Part shown: one piece after another, positions 53,248-63,247 of the stretch
Layout: each line of letters begins with the position of its first letter
Numbering within the stretch: position 1 is the stretch's first letter
Source of the DNA: Armatimonadota bacterium
GTDB lineage: Bacteria > Armatimonadota > Chthonomonadetes > Chthonomonadales > CAJBBX01
Reading direction: 5' to 3'
Assembly: GCA_026392115.1 (NCBI GenBank)
Contig: JAPLCQ010000143.1
Coordinates: 819 to 64,818, forward strand
DNA: 64,000 bases
Made by a program: the position numbers and the translations under genes
The notes under the pieces: generated by a model
The model's input: the letters and a program-made list of their open reading frames with translations, nothing else
Told to the model about the DNA's origin: nothing
The model's database searches: none

Positions 53248-56118
53248 CTACTGCTCCTCCTGCCAGAGATCGACGTCATCGAACCAGATCGTGCCGGAGC
53301 CGCCGCCCGACACGTCGATGAAGAGTGCCGCCTTACGCAGATCCTGAGTGATCGCGTCGGCGGGCAGTGTCGACGTCAGGAGCGTCCACTCGTTCGTGCC
53401 CATCGGAACGTGGGCGCAACCACGCGCCACGCGCCAGTTCGGGGCCACGTCGCGGTCGGGTGTGGTCGAGGCCAGGCAATGGGAGCCGATCCATTCCTTC
53501 TCGCTGAAAAGCGCCACGCTCAGCGTGACGGCGGCGCCGGCGAGGTTGCGGGTCTTGACCCAGCAACTCAGGTGAGCCTCCCGCCCGGGCTTCAGGCCCA
53601 GGTTCCAGTGGACCAGCCGGCGGTCGAAAGGACCGTCCAACCGCAAGGAGCCTGCATCCTGTTTGCCCTCGGCTCGGTCGTGAGCGGAGGCGCTGGTCCG
53701 CTCGGGCGTCCACTCCGCTACCGAACCCCGGTCGAAGCCACCGTCGCGCACCAGGTTCGGCGCGCCGACGGTTACCGCGATCCAGCGCGTCACGGCGAGC
53801 GGCTGCAGCAGACCGTAAGCGCCCCGTGGGAACCGTGTTTCCACACGGACACGGGCGCTGGCCCTCGGCGTGCCGGGTGCGGCCCGAAGCTCCACGGTCC
53901 AGCCGCCGGCGATTGCCCGAGCCCGTGCCGTGATGCCCGAGCCTGCAGGAGTTGCCGCTGCTACCGTGGCGCCCCGACCTGCCGTCAGCCGGACCGTACG
54001 CGCCTGACCGGGCGCCAGCGTGACCGTCGGCTCCAGCGGAGTGGCGGCCGTCCCGGCGCGTACCGCTGCGCCCAGCTGCCTGCTGCCCGTGATGTAGAGC
54101 GGTCCCTGCGCGAAGTCGAGCGCCACGCCGTCGGCGGGCCCGGCGGCGATGCGGTTCGCCAGCAGGTCGCGAACCACGATGCGCTCTCCCGGTGTGCAGC
54201 CCAGTCGCACGGCCGGGAGGCGCGTGAGGCCGGATCGCGCCTCCGCCCAGACCACGCACACGGGCCCGTCGAACGCCACCATGCGGACGCCCGGCAGGGG
54301 CTCTGCGGCGCCGACGCATGGGCGCGCGTCCAACTGCTGCGCCATGCCGGCCAGCGCGGCGTAGGCCAGCTTGGGCAGGAGGCCGAGGTAGAGGACGCCG
54401 ATGCCCGCGTCGACGGTCCACTGGTCCTTGTGCGCCGGGTCGCGCGGGTCCAGCGAGCAGAACCAGAAGGCCTTGGCGCCTTTGCCCACCGAGAGCGCCT
54501 GGGCGTAGTTGGCTACCAACACCTCGGCTTGGCGTCGCTCCGAGCATCGGTACTCCTTCGAGTAATCCGGCGAGAAGTCGTTCGCTGTGGTACCGAACTC
54601 GTTGAACCAGATCGGCTTGGCGCCCATCCCCCTGCGCCGCAGGATCGCCTTGCGCCGCTCCGCCTGCTCGAGGAAGGCGTCGGGCTCCGCATAGGTATGC
54701 AGCGTGGCGATGTCGAAGTAGGGCGCCGCGCCCAGCTTGCCCACGCGCTCCAGCCACTCCTCGTACCCGGCGTGGGAGAGGCCCAGCACGAGGCACTTCG
54801 GATCGGCCTTCTTGGCGGCTCGGTAGCCGGTCCGGAGGAGGCTCAGGTAGTGCTCGCCCGAGTGGCGCGTGGCCTCCTGCCACATCAGGTCGGGCTCGTT
54901 CCACATCTCGTAGGCGGGGATGCGGCCCCTGAACCGCGTGACGAGGCGCGTCACGTAGGCCTCCCACTGCGCCAACTTCTCCGGCGGCGGGGCCGTCCAG
55001 TCCCTGGAGCCGGTGAGCCAACTGGGCGCACCGAAGAGGATGCTCTGGTAGCGCATGCCGAACCGATCCATGCGGCGCAACGAGGCGTCCAGTGGGCGCA
55101 TCTCCCAGACGTCCGCCGTGGGCTGCTGGAACGACCAGGTGTTCTCCCACGCCAGCCACGGGCGAATCCAGTGGACGCCTGCCTTGGCCAGCAGGGGCGC
55201 CTGATGCGCGTACCACCAGACCTGCTGCTGGAACAGGTTGATGCCGATGGTCGACGCCTCCGGCTTCACTGCGCGAGGCGTGGCAACGCGGCAGACGCGA
55301 CCCCGGCCCATCTTGAGGCCTGTGGGATCGCTGACAAGCACCTCGAACACGCCGCAGCGGGTGGCCGGGATCACCAGCGTGGCCATGGCGGGCGAGCCCG
55401 GTCTCAGCCGCACCGCGCCCTTCCATGCGATGCGGTTGAGCGCCATGTCGCGCACTTCCACGTAGAGACGCTGCGCCTCGGCCAGGGGAGCGGGGGAGAC
55501 CAGGCGCACACGCATCCCCTCGGCCTCGCCGAAGACGCCGCCCACGCGGTCGGTCATCACGCGGATGGTCGCGCCTCCGGGAGCGGCCAGCCAGAGCGGC
55601 GCATCCCGCCCATCCCGCCGCACGCCGAGTCGCGAAACGTACCGGTCCCCCGCGGTGGCGGGACCGAGGCGCACGTCGCTCAGCGTGCATCGCACGGCCC
55701 CGCCCGGTTGCGGCTCCAGGCGGATCGAAGCCTTGAACCACGGTTCATCGATCCGGTGGACCGTGACGCCTCCGGTCGAGGGCGCCTGCCGGGCTCGACG
55801 CCACTCGCCGCTACCGGCATCCTCGGGCTTCTCGGGGTCGCAGTAGAGGGCGCTCACCGTCAGGGGGCCGCTACCCGCCGGGTATGCCCAGGCCGTCAGC
55901 GCACCGGGCATCTCCAGGTTCTGCCCGAAGGCGTCGATGAAGCGCCACCGCCCGCGCCCGACATCGAGCAGGTCCAGAGTGAATGGCTGCAGGGCTGCGG
56001 GCGTGTCGGCCGGCGGTTCGGAGGGCTTTGGCCAGGCCGTCTCGGCGGCCAGAATCGCTATGACCAGCCAGGCGGCGCACCTGCATGTGCGGAATGTGGT
56101 GCGGGGTAGGGAAGTCAT
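53248..56118 (-). CDS. Secreted clan GH-A glycoside hydrolase (GH39-like) with C-terminal CBM4/9-like domain
   Basis: YEMWNEPD (acid/base), TLHTY, IWFNEFG (nucleophile), PKLAYAA; NLVRDGGFD...IWFDDVDL CBM pattern; GGAGG RBS. Confidence 0.8.
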   Translation of the reverse strand: MTSLPRTTFRTCRCAAWLVIAILAAETAWPKPSEPPADTPAALQPFTLDLLDVGRGRWRFIDAFGQNLEMPGALTAWAYPAGSGPLTVSALYCDPEKPEDAGSGEWRRARQAPSTGGVTVHRIDEPWFKASIRLEPQPGGAVRCTLSDVRLGPATAGDRYVSRLGVRRDGRDAPLWLAAPGGATIRVMTDRVGGVFGEAEGMRVRLVSPAPLAEAQRLYVEVRDMALNRIAWKGAVRLRPGSPAMATLVIPATRCGVFEVLVSDPTGLKMGRGRVCRVATPRAVKPEASTIGINLFQQQVWWYAHQAPLLAKAGVHWIRPWLAWENTWSFQQPTADVWEMRPLDASLRRMDRFGMRYQSILFGAPSWLTGSRDWTAPPPEKLAQWEAYVTRLVTRFRGRIPAYEMWNEPDLMWQEATRHSGEHYLSLLRTGYRAAKKADPKCLVLGLSHAGYEEWLERVGKLGAAPYFDIATLHTYAEPDAFLEQAERRKAILRRRGMGAKPIWFNEFGTTANDFSPDYSKEYRCSERRQAEVLVANYAQALSVGKGAKAFWFCSLDPRDPAHKDQWTVDAGIGVLYLGLLPKLAYAALAGMAQQLDARPCVGAAEPLPGVRMVAFDGPVCVVWAEARSGLTRLPAVRLGCTPGERIVVRDLLANRIAAGPADGVALDFAQGPLYITGSRQLGAAVRAGTAATPLEPTVTLAPGQARTVRLTAGRGATVAAATPAGSGITARARAIAGGWTVELRAAPGTPRASARVRVETRFPRGAYGLLQPLAVTRWIAVTVGAPNLVRDGGFDRGSVAEWTPERTSASAHDRAEGKQDAGSLRLDGPFDRRLVHWNLGLKPGREAHLSCWVKTRNLAGAAVTLSVALFSEKEWIGSHCLASTTPDRDVAPNWRVARGCAHVPMGTNEWTLLTSTLPADAITQDLRKAALFIDVSGGGSGTIWFDDVDLWQEEQ

Positions 56119-56176
56119 GTCGGTCCTCCGGCGGCGTGCTGATCCACCTGCACTCTACCCCGGGCTGCGCGCGTCG

Positions 56177-57610
56177 CTACGGAGAGGCGAGCCGGACGCG
56201 AAACGCGCGGTTCCGGAACTGCGGTCCCGAGACGCTGCCGGTGAAGCCGGTGAGCAGGCCGGCGGTCTCGACCGCATGGACCCCATAGAGGTAGTGGCCC
56301 TGGAATGCCAGGTCGGAGGTGCGCGGCGGCAGGGCGGCCACCTCCACCCATCGCCCGGGGGCGCCGGTCTGAAGGCGGCAGAGGCGCAGTGTGGGCTCCT
56401 CTGGCGGCGGATCTACGGCGGGCCTGTCGCGCAGGAGGCAGAACACCGCTCCGCCGTCGGCATACAGGTACCGGTCGGTGGTCGGCCCCCACGGCACGGG
56501 CCTGCCGGGGCGCCGTGCGCTGATGCGCTCCACACGCTCATCGGAACCGTCCAGCCCTGCGCTGTGCAGTTCGTCTGGGCTCCACTGACGGCCCATGAGG
56601 TCGTCGAACGGCGGTTGCGTCCGCGAAACGAACCAGCAGAGCCTGTCACCCGCCGCCGTGGGCGGACGCGAGCCGCCCCCGTAACCGCGCAGGACGCCGC
56701 CGTCGCCATTGGGCCGCCACAGCCGCAGGTCGATGTGGCTGTCCGGGTAGGGCCGCCTCTCGGTCCAGCAGATGCCGTCGGCCAGCGGCATGAGCTGTGT
56801 GTCGGACGGCACATCGGCATGCACGGTGCGCGTGGCTCTGTCGATCAGCGACGTGCGGACGATGCGGCTGTTGCCTGCGACTTCAGTCCAGGTCTGCTTC
56901 GTACGGACGGCGCGCGCCTTGCGATCCGGCCTCGGGTCGATCCAGTAGAGTCCATCGCCGACCATAACCCGAGCCCCATAGACGCCCGACTCTAGCCTGC
57001 GCGGATGGGCACCTGGCCGGTCCACGGTGTAGAGGTCGAGCGTAGAGCCGCCCGACTGGAAGCCGTCGAGGCTGGGTGTTCTACGGACGCCCTTCAGGCC
57101 GGCACTTGCTGCAGGCGCTGCAAACACGCCCAGGTACTTCGTGGCCGGTGGCGCGGCGACGCCCGCAGTTCCCGCGGGGAACGTCACCCGGGCCGTCGCG
57201 CCTGTGGCGACCTGGCGCGGCAGCAGCGGCGCGGGGCCGCCTTGGCTGGGATCGACCTCGGGACCGGACAGCATGCCTCCGGCGTCTCGCCGAGCCGTCG
57301 ACTGAGGTATTCGAAGGAGCAGGTAGCTCACTCGCCCTGCATGCGCGTGCCAGTCGACCAGCATGGCGCCCTTCTGGTGGGCGATCTCGGTCTCGGGTCC
57401 GCCGGCTATCGGGCGGGCGATCAGTCGCGCCGTCATGCCGTCCATGCGAGCCGAGATGGCCTGGTCGCCGTCGATCTGCTCGGGTCTGGCGGTACCGTCG
57501 AGCCACTCAATGGAGGTGCGCGGCCAGAGCCAGAGCGCCGCACCCGCCATCAGCAGGGCCGCCCCCGCGCGCCCGACCGTGCCCACCCGCAAGGGCGTCG
57601 TCAGTCCCAT
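56177..57610 (-). CDS. Membrane-anchored hypothetical protein, probable beta-propeller
   Basis: GGAGGAG RBS; N-terminal TM; blade-like repeats GDGLYWID, DGICWTE, GDRLCWFV, GHYLYG. Confidence 0.55.
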   Translation of the reverse strand: MGLTTPLRVGTVGRAGAALLMAGAALWLWPRTSIEWLDGTARPEQIDGDQAISARMDGMTARLIARPIAGGPETEIAHQKGAMLVDWHAHAGRVSYLLLRIPQSTARRDAGGMLSGPEVDPSQGGPAPLLPRQVATGATARVTFPAGTAGVAAPPATKYLGVFAAPAASAGLKGVRRTPSLDGFQSGGSTLDLYTVDRPGAHPRRLESGVYGARVMVGDGLYWIDPRPDRKARAVRTKQTWTEVAGNSRIVRTSLIDRATRTVHADVPSDTQLMPLADGICWTERRPYPDSHIDLRLWRPNGDGGVLRGYGGGSRPPTAAGDRLCWFVSRTQPPFDDLMGRQWSPDELHSAGLDGSDERVERISARRPGRPVPWGPTTDRYLYADGGAVFCLLRDRPAVDPPPEEPTLRLCRLQTGAPGRWVEVAALPPRTSDLAFQGHYLYGVHAVETAGLLTGFTGSVSGPQFRNRAFRVRLASP

Positions 57611-57781
57611 GCCACTCCTCCGCGAGCCGGCGTACGGAGCGGCCCGTACATGGGACGATGCAACGGCCCGGGTGGTGTCACTATCGGCCTCCAGCCGTGC
57701 CCGCCGGTATACTCAATCAAACCCAGCGGGGTAGCCTCCGGGGCCGTCATGTGCCCGGAGACCCGTGCAAGGAGCCCGCCC

Positions 57782-59731
57782 ATGAGCCTCGCGCTGATCG
57801 CCCTTTCACTGGTCCTCGCCTCCGCCGCACCGAACGGCCCGCAAAGGCCCGACATCCTGTTCGAGGGCTTCGAGGGCAAGGACTACGGCAAGTGGACCGT
57901 CGCCGGCGAGGCGTTCGGTTCCGGTCCCTCCCAGGGCACGTTTCCCGGCCAGATGCCCGTCTCCGGCTTCCGCGGCCATGGGCTCGTGAACGGCTACATC
58001 AAGCAGGATGGAGCCAAGGGCACGCTCACTTCGCCGCCGCTCAAGGTGGAACGGAAGTACATCAATTTTCTTCTGGGCGGCGGCATGGACCCCGAGCGGC
58101 TGCGTGTGGACCTGGTCGTCGGCGGCAAGGTCGTCCGCACCGCCACCGGGCCCAACGACCGGCCCGGCGGCACAGAGGCCCTGGCGTGGCACTGCTGGGA
58201 CGTGCGCAGACTGGCGGGAAAGACGGCGGTCATCCAGATCGTGGACGACGCCACCGGAGGATGGGGGCACATCAACGTGGACGAGATCACGCTCAGCGAC
58301 GAACCGTCGGCAACGCCGTCGGCAGCGGGCCCGACACCCCACAAGCGCGAGCCGCTCTACAAGGAGAGCCTGCGCCCGCACTTCCACTTCACGCCTGCGA
58401 CGGGCTGGACCAACGACCCGAACGGCATGGTGTTCTACAAGGGCGAGTACCACCTCTTCTTCCAGCACAACCCCTACGCCACCGAGTGGGGCAACATGAC
58501 GTGGGGCCACGCCGTCAGCAAGGACATGGTCCACTGGCAGCAGATCGCCAACGCCATAGAGCCCGATGAGAAGGGCACCATCTTCTCCGGTTCCGCAGTG
58601 GTGGACTGGCCCAACTCCAGCGGCTTCGCCAGCGGCGAGGAGAAGCCCCTGGTGGCGATCTATACCGCCGCCGGCGACACCTCGCCCGAGTCCAAGGGGC
58701 AGCCCTTCACCCAGTGCATCGCCTATAGCTGCGACAAGGGGCGCACCTGGACCAAGTACGCCGGCAATCCGGTCCTGAAGCACATTATCGGCGGCAACCG
58801 CGATCCCAAGGTGGTGCGGCACGAGCCCACGCGGCAGTGGATCATGGCGCTCTATCTGGACGGGATTGACTACGCCCTCTTCGCCTCGCCCGACCTGAAG
58901 GAGTGGAAGCAGATCCAGAAGCTGCCCATGGAGGGCTGCGGCGAGTGCCCGGACTTCTTCCGCATGCCCGTGCAGGGCGAGCCCGGCGCCGCCAAGTGGG
59001 TCTTCACCGCCGCCAATGGGCGCTACTACGTCGGTGGCTTCGATGGCGCCAAGTTTACCCCTGAGACAGGGCCGCACATCGCCGACCACGGCACGAACTA
59101 CTACGCGGTCCAGACGTTCAGCGACATCCCCTCCGACGATGGCCGTCGCATCCAGATCGCCTGGATGAACGGCGGCTCCTATCCGGGCATGCCCTTCAAC
59201 CAGCAGATGAGCTTCCCCTGCGAGATGACCCTCCACCGCACCGCCGAGGGCCTGCGGCTTCGGCGCAACCCGGTCAAGGAGATCGCATCGCTCTACGGCA
59301 AGGGGCAGGACCTCCGCCTGCAGCCCGTGAAGCCTGGCCAGGAGGTCATCGTCGCCAGCCGATCGGCGCTTCTGGACATCGACGCAGAGCTTGAGGTCGG
59401 TGACGCCGCCGAGGTCACGCTCCGCTTCCCCGGCGAGAGCGTCGTCTGGAAGGCCGCCGACAGGACGCTGACCGTGCTGCAGAAGCCCTGCCCGTTGGAG
59501 GCCATCGACGGCCGCATCAAGGTGCGCATCCTCCTCGACCGAACGTCGCTGGAGGTCTTCGGCAACGACGGCCGCCTCTCGGTCACCAACTGCTTTCTGC
59601 CCAAGCCTACGACGCCTGGCGTCTTCGTCTCGGCCGCGGGCGGCACGGCCCGCATCGTGAGCCTGAAGGTGCGCGAGATGAAGTCGGGCTGGCAGGGCGC
59701 TGTGGCGCCGCCTGCGCCAACGCCCCAGTAG
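57782..59731 (+). CDS. Secreted GH32 levanase/inulinase-like enzyme with N-terminal CBM38-like domain
   Basis: Canonical WTNDPNG, FSGSAV, RDPKV, ECPD, YAVQTF; N-terminal GTLTSPP..YINFLLGGG..IVDDATGGWGHINVD; AAGGAG RBS before ATG 57782. Confidence 0.9.
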   Translation: MSLALIALSLVLASAAPNGPQRPDILFEGFEGKDYGKWTVAGEAFGSGPSQGTFPGQMPVSGFRGHGLVNGYIKQDGAKGTLTSPPLKVERKYINFLLGGGMDPERLRVDLVVGGKVVRTATGPNDRPGGTEALAWHCWDVRRLAGKTAVIQIVDDATGGWGHINVDEITLSDEPSATPSAAGPTPHKREPLYKESLRPHFHFTPATGWTNDPNGMVFYKGEYHLFFQHNPYATEWGNMTWGHAVSKDMVHWQQIANAIEPDEKGTIFSGSAVVDWPNSSGFASGEEKPLVAIYTAAGDTSPESKGQPFTQCIAYSCDKGRTWTKYAGNPVLKHIIGGNRDPKVVRHEPTRQWIMALYLDGIDYALFASPDLKEWKQIQKLPMEGCGECPDFFRMPVQGEPGAAKWVFTAANGRYYVGGFDGAKFTPETGPHIADHGTNYYAVQTFSDIPSDDGRRIQIAWMNGGSYPGMPFNQQMSFPCEMTLHRTAEGLRLRRNPVKEIASLYGKGQDLRLQPVKPGQEVIVASRSALLDIDAELEVGDAAEVTLRFPGESVVWKAADRTLTVLQKPCPLEAIDGRIKVRILLDRTSLEVFGNDGRLSVTNCFLPKPTTPGVFVSAAGGTARIVSLKVREMKSGWQGAVAPPAPTPQ

Positions 59732-59752
59732 CAGACGGTCCGGTCCCGCATC

Positions 59753-59787
59753 GACGCCCGATCCCGCATCTGCCGGGGTCGGGCGTT
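59753..59787. terminator. Hairpin between convergent GH32 and sialidase genes
   Basis: GACGCCCGATCCCG-N7-CGGGGTCGGGCGTT stem with G:U pairs. Confidence 0.55.
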
Positions 59788-59793
59788 GCGCTT

Positions 59794-60948
59794 CTACGGC
59801 TTCGAGCGCAGCCACTCCAACGTGAAGGCGGCGAGGACGATCCGCTCGTAGGGGCCCTTCTCGCCTGTCTCATAGAGCAGGCCGATCCGGCCGTCGGGCA
59901 GGGCGGCAAGGCAGGAGTAGGCGGCGGGCAGCGGGCTGATCAGCCGCGCCACCGGCCAGGTCGCTCCATCATCAAGGCTGGCGCGCACGGTCATCCGCTC
60001 GCGCCGGGTGGAGGCGGCGTTGGAGAAGAGCAGCACACCGGGCTTCCCGTGCGCGGGCCATGTGAGCCGCCTCAGGCTCGCCTGGCAGATCGGGTCCACC
60101 AACTCCGGTACGATCCGTTGCTCCGTCCATGTGGCGCCGCCGTCGCGGCTGATAGCCGTCTGGCGGGCCTTCCGGGTAGGGTCGTAGCTCCGCATGTTGA
60201 GCATCAGCGCCCCGTCGGCCAGCTCCGCCGCCTCGCACTCATTGACCTGGTCGGCAGGCGTCGTGCCGCCCAACCGCCAGGTGCGGCCCTGGTCGTCCGA
60301 GAAGATGACATGCGAGTAGTACCGCTTCGTCTTCGCCTCTATGTGGTCGCAGGGGATGACGAGGCGCCCCCGGTGCGGCCCCCGCTCGATCTGGACGCCC
60401 GCGCCGGGCCCTGTGGCATACCAGGTCCAGTCGGGCGGCTTCACGGAGGGGGTGATCTCGCGCGGCTCACTCCAGCTCAGCCCGTCGTCGCGGCTCACGA
60501 GGGCGAAGACGCGCCGAGTATCCCTGGCGGCCTGCTCGACGATCTGTGCCTCGTGGTCGTCGCCCAGGTTCCATGTGGTGAGTAGCCAGATGTCGCCGGT
60601 GCCGCGGTCCACCACGGGGCAGGGGTTGCCGCAGGTGTTGCCGCCGTCGGACCAGACCACCTGCATCTCCGACCATGTCCGTCCGCCGTCCGTGGAGCGG
60701 CGCATGACCAGGTCGATGTCGCCTGCATCGGATGATGACCCGCGCCGCCCCTCGCAGAAGGCCAGCAGCGTCCCGCGCGTCGTTACGGCGAGCGCCGGGA
60801 TGCGATACGTATGGCGGCCCGCGTCGCCCGCGGCGAAGAGCGTCTGCGAGGTGAACGGACCTTCGTCAGCCACGGCCGCCGAGGCAGGCGGCACGGCAAG
60901 CGCCAGGGTCACCACTATGAGAGAGCCCACCTGCCGGAGCGCCTCCAC
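59794..60948 (-). CDS. Sialidase (GH33, BNR/Asp-box)
   Basis: YRIP motif; Asp boxes STDGGRTW, SRDDGLSW, SDDQGRTW, SRDGGATW, SLDDGATW; NEC; AYS. Confidence 0.92.
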   Translation of the reverse strand: MEALRQVGSLIVVTLALAVPPASAAVADEGPFTSQTLFAAGDAGRHTYRIPALAVTTRGTLLAFCEGRRGSSSDAGDIDLVMRRSTDGGRTWSEMQVVWSDGGNTCGNPCPVVDRGTGDIWLLTTWNLGDDHEAQIVEQAARDTRRVFALVSRDDGLSWSEPREITPSVKPPDWTWYATGPGAGVQIERGPHRGRLVIPCDHIEAKTKRYYSHVIFSDDQGRTWRLGGTTPADQVNECEAAELADGALMLNMRSYDPTRKARQTAISRDGGATWTEQRIVPELVDPICQASLRRLTWPAHGKPGVLLFSNAASTRRERMTVRASLDDGATWPVARLISPLPAAYSCLAALPDGRIGLLYETGEKGPYERIVLAAFTLEWLRSKP

Positions 60949-60951
60949 TAC

Positions 60952-62232
60952 CTATCGAGCGGACTGGGCCGACCGCATGCGCACGGCAGCGGTCCGCCGC
61001 CAGACGAGCCACGGCGCGCCCGGGAGCAGGCTCTCCTGGATTCGTTGGACGAGGCTACCCGGCGCCGGGTCCATGGCCTGCAGCAGCGCCGACAGCGCAG
61101 CGGCCAGCATCGGCGGTTGGAGAAGCCACGGCCTGCCGGACGGGCCGCTCGGGTTCGGCGCCACCCATCCGGAGGCGTAGGGGATCGCCGAAACGCCCTT
61201 GCGCTTGGGCGCGATGCCGCCGCCGGCCAGCACTTGCAGGGCCAGCACGTCGGGATGGCCGGGCAACTCGGCCGCAAGCTCCTTCGCCAGCGACCGCAGG
61301 AGCCGGGCGTCCGGTTTGGGCTTCGCCGCTTCCACGTACGCCGTCAACAGGGCCAGCATGGGGTTGTCCGTGGTGATCCACCGGCCGCTCTTGACCTCGG
61401 CCAGCGGCGCCGTGGGTCGGCCTTGCGCCAGGCCCTGGCGTACGAGCTCGGTGAGGCGCAACAACTCCTGCGACTGCGCCGGGTCCCGCGCGCCGCCAGG
61501 CCTGCCGTAGTAGATCGCGGCTTCGGTCAGGGCGGCTCGGCGAACCGAGCGCTGCTTCGGCGCCGCGTCGGCGTCGCCCTCACCGGCAGGCGCACTGCGC
61601 CGGACCGAGGCGGTGGAGAGGATCACCTGCGTCTGCCAGCCGGGGCAAAGGTGTACGGCCATGCACTGCACGCCGCTCAGGCCTGTGTCCACGCAGATCA
61701 GGTGCATGCCGGGATCGGCCTCCGCGTGGAGCCAGCCGACGCCGACCTCCTGCATCCGCTCGCCCTCCTTGTCCATGGCGCCCAGCGTTCGGCCCTCGGC
61801 GTCCTGCACCGTGATGCCGGCCCAGGGCTCGGTTCGGCTCTCCTTTCCGCGGACGATGGAGGGGTCGCGCACCATCACGAAGAGGCTCGCGCCGCTACCC
61901 CAGTGGAGTGACGGCGGGTCGGCTGCCCGGGCCCAGGCTGCCTGATGCGGCTCGTGCGTGGTCAGTGTGCCCGGCAACGGCGCGGCGCTCTGGAACGCGA
62001 TCGGTCGGGCCGCCACGGTCGCCCCGTCGCCCTCCTGCACCTCGACGAGTGTGTCCTCCATCGAGGCGCCTGAGCGAAGTCGCACCTTGTAGATGCCCGG
62101 CCGCACCTGCACGTCCAGCGAGCCCATCCCCGAGGCCACCCGGCTCAGAGACGAGTCGATGACGAAGATCTCCGTTGCCTCTTCGGCGGCGGTCACGCGG
62201 AGCGGGGCCTTCCTGTTACGGGATATCGACAC
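60952..62232 (-). CDS. Hypothetical caspase-associated protein (two small beta-sandwich repeats + helical C-terminus)
   Basis: GGAGG-N6-GTG start inside the caspase 3' end; LDVQVRPGIYKV and LHAEADPGMHLI repeats; NPML, HPDV, PPML, PWLVW motifs. Confidence 0.75.
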   Translation of the reverse strand: MSISRNRKAPLRVTAAEEATEIFVIDSSLSRVASGMGSLDVQVRPGIYKVRLRSGASMEDTLVEVQEGDGATVAARPIAFQSAAPLPGTLTTHEPHQAAWARAADPPSLHWGSGASLFVMVRDPSIVRGKESRTEPWAGITVQDAEGRTLGAMDKEGERMQEVGVGWLHAEADPGMHLICVDTGLSGVQCMAVHLCPGWQTQVILSTASVRRSAPAGEGDADAAPKQRSVRRAALTEAAIYYGRPGGARDPAQSQELLRLTELVRQGLAQGRPTAPLAEVKSGRWITTDNPMLALLTAYVEAAKPKPDARLLRSLAKELAAELPGHPDVLALQVLAGGGIAPKRKGVSAIPYASGWVAPNPSGPSGRPWLLQPPMLAAALSALLQAMDPAPGSLVQRIQESLLPGAPWLVWRRTAAVRMRSAQSAR

Positions 62233-63247
62233 GGGTCACCTCCCCGATGGCCTGGAAGAGCGTTGATCGCCCTGTGCCCTGCACGACGGCCTTGTAGAGC
62301 CCTGCCGGCAGCGAAACGTCGGCCTGTCCGCCAGCCATCGTCGTGGTCAGGCACTCTTTGCCGTTGCCGCCAAGGACCACGACCTCCGCCGCCCCTGCCC
62401 CGACGGCCATGAGGGTCACGGCGGTGGCGGGCTGCTTGACGGTCGGCGGCCTGCGGGCCATGAGCAGGTCACGGGCCGGCTCCACGGCGATGGTCGGCGG
62501 CAGGACGTCCGGCCCGGCGATATCTGGCCACGCATTGTGGATGTAGTCGCGGACGTGCGTGGCCATGACGCAGCCGTCGTCGGCTCCGGGAGCCTGGCGC
62601 AGCGCCTCCAGGAGCAGGTAGCTGAAGATGCCGCGCACCTGCTTGTCGGCGCCCAGCGGCTTCTCGCGGGCCTTGGCGCCGGCAGGCGATGCGTAGGCGT
62701 AGAACGTGCGCACACGTGCCGCGCGCGCCGCGTTGACGAGCGGCATCAGGATCGGCTCAGCGATGCTGGTCGTCAGCGACAGGTCGGCGCAGGCGTCGCA
62801 GATCAGCACCAGTTCGTCGAACAGACCCGCGCGGACGGCCCAGTTGGCGTACCGGGTGGCGGCGATGTGGTCAGGGGCGAGAGTGGTGGCATTGGCCGAG
62901 TAGACGGCGCGCTCGATGGCCGTCGTGTTGCCCATGAAGCCGTGTCCGCTGAAGTAGAGGGTGAGGCGTCGACCAGCCGGTGTCCGTACGCGTCCGGTGT
63001 CGTCGGTGACGATGTCGGTGAACCGGTCGCGGAACTGGTCCGCGGTGGGTTGCGCCTGTGAGGCCCGCGCGGGCATCGGGGGATGGAAGCAGCCGGTGGT
63101 GAGGCGCGCCACGTTGGCCGGGTCCACCCCTCCGCCCTCCGGCAGGGCCAGCCATGCGGCGAACTCGTCGGCATCGCGCTGAGCCCCTTGCAGCGGCGAG
63201 ATGCCCGGGTAGAGGTCGATCCCCACCACGATGGCGTAGTCGGTCAT
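62216..63247 (-). CDS. Caspase-like (peptidase C14) protease with C-terminal beta-sandwich
   Basis: YAIVVGIDLYP..LQGA..DA; catalytic His in YFSGHG; catalytic Cys in ICDACA; GIFSYLLLEAL. Confidence 0.9.
   Translation of the reverse strand: MTDYAIVVGIDLYPGISPLQGAQRDADEFAAWLALPEGGGVDPANVARLTTGCFHPPMPARASQAQPTADQFRDRFTDIVTDDTGRVRTPAGRRLTLYFSGHGFMGNTTAIERAVYSANATTLAPDHIAATRYANWAVRAGLFDELVLICDACADLSLTTSIAEPILMPLVNAARAARVRTFYAYASPAGAKAREKPLGADKQVRGIFSYLLLEALRQAPGADDGCVMATHVRDYIHNAWPDIAGPDVLPPTIAVEPARDLLMARRPPTVKQPATAVTLMAVGAGAAEVVVLGGNGKECLTTTMAGGQADVSLPAGLYKAVVQGTGRSTLFQAIGEVTRVDIP

Noticed and set aside
60952-62232. Bacterial gasdermin next to the caspase
   Set aside because: Longer than typical bacterial gasdermins, no N-terminal Cys, and a helical C-terminal half. 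Not supported by eye, though a structure search should confirm.
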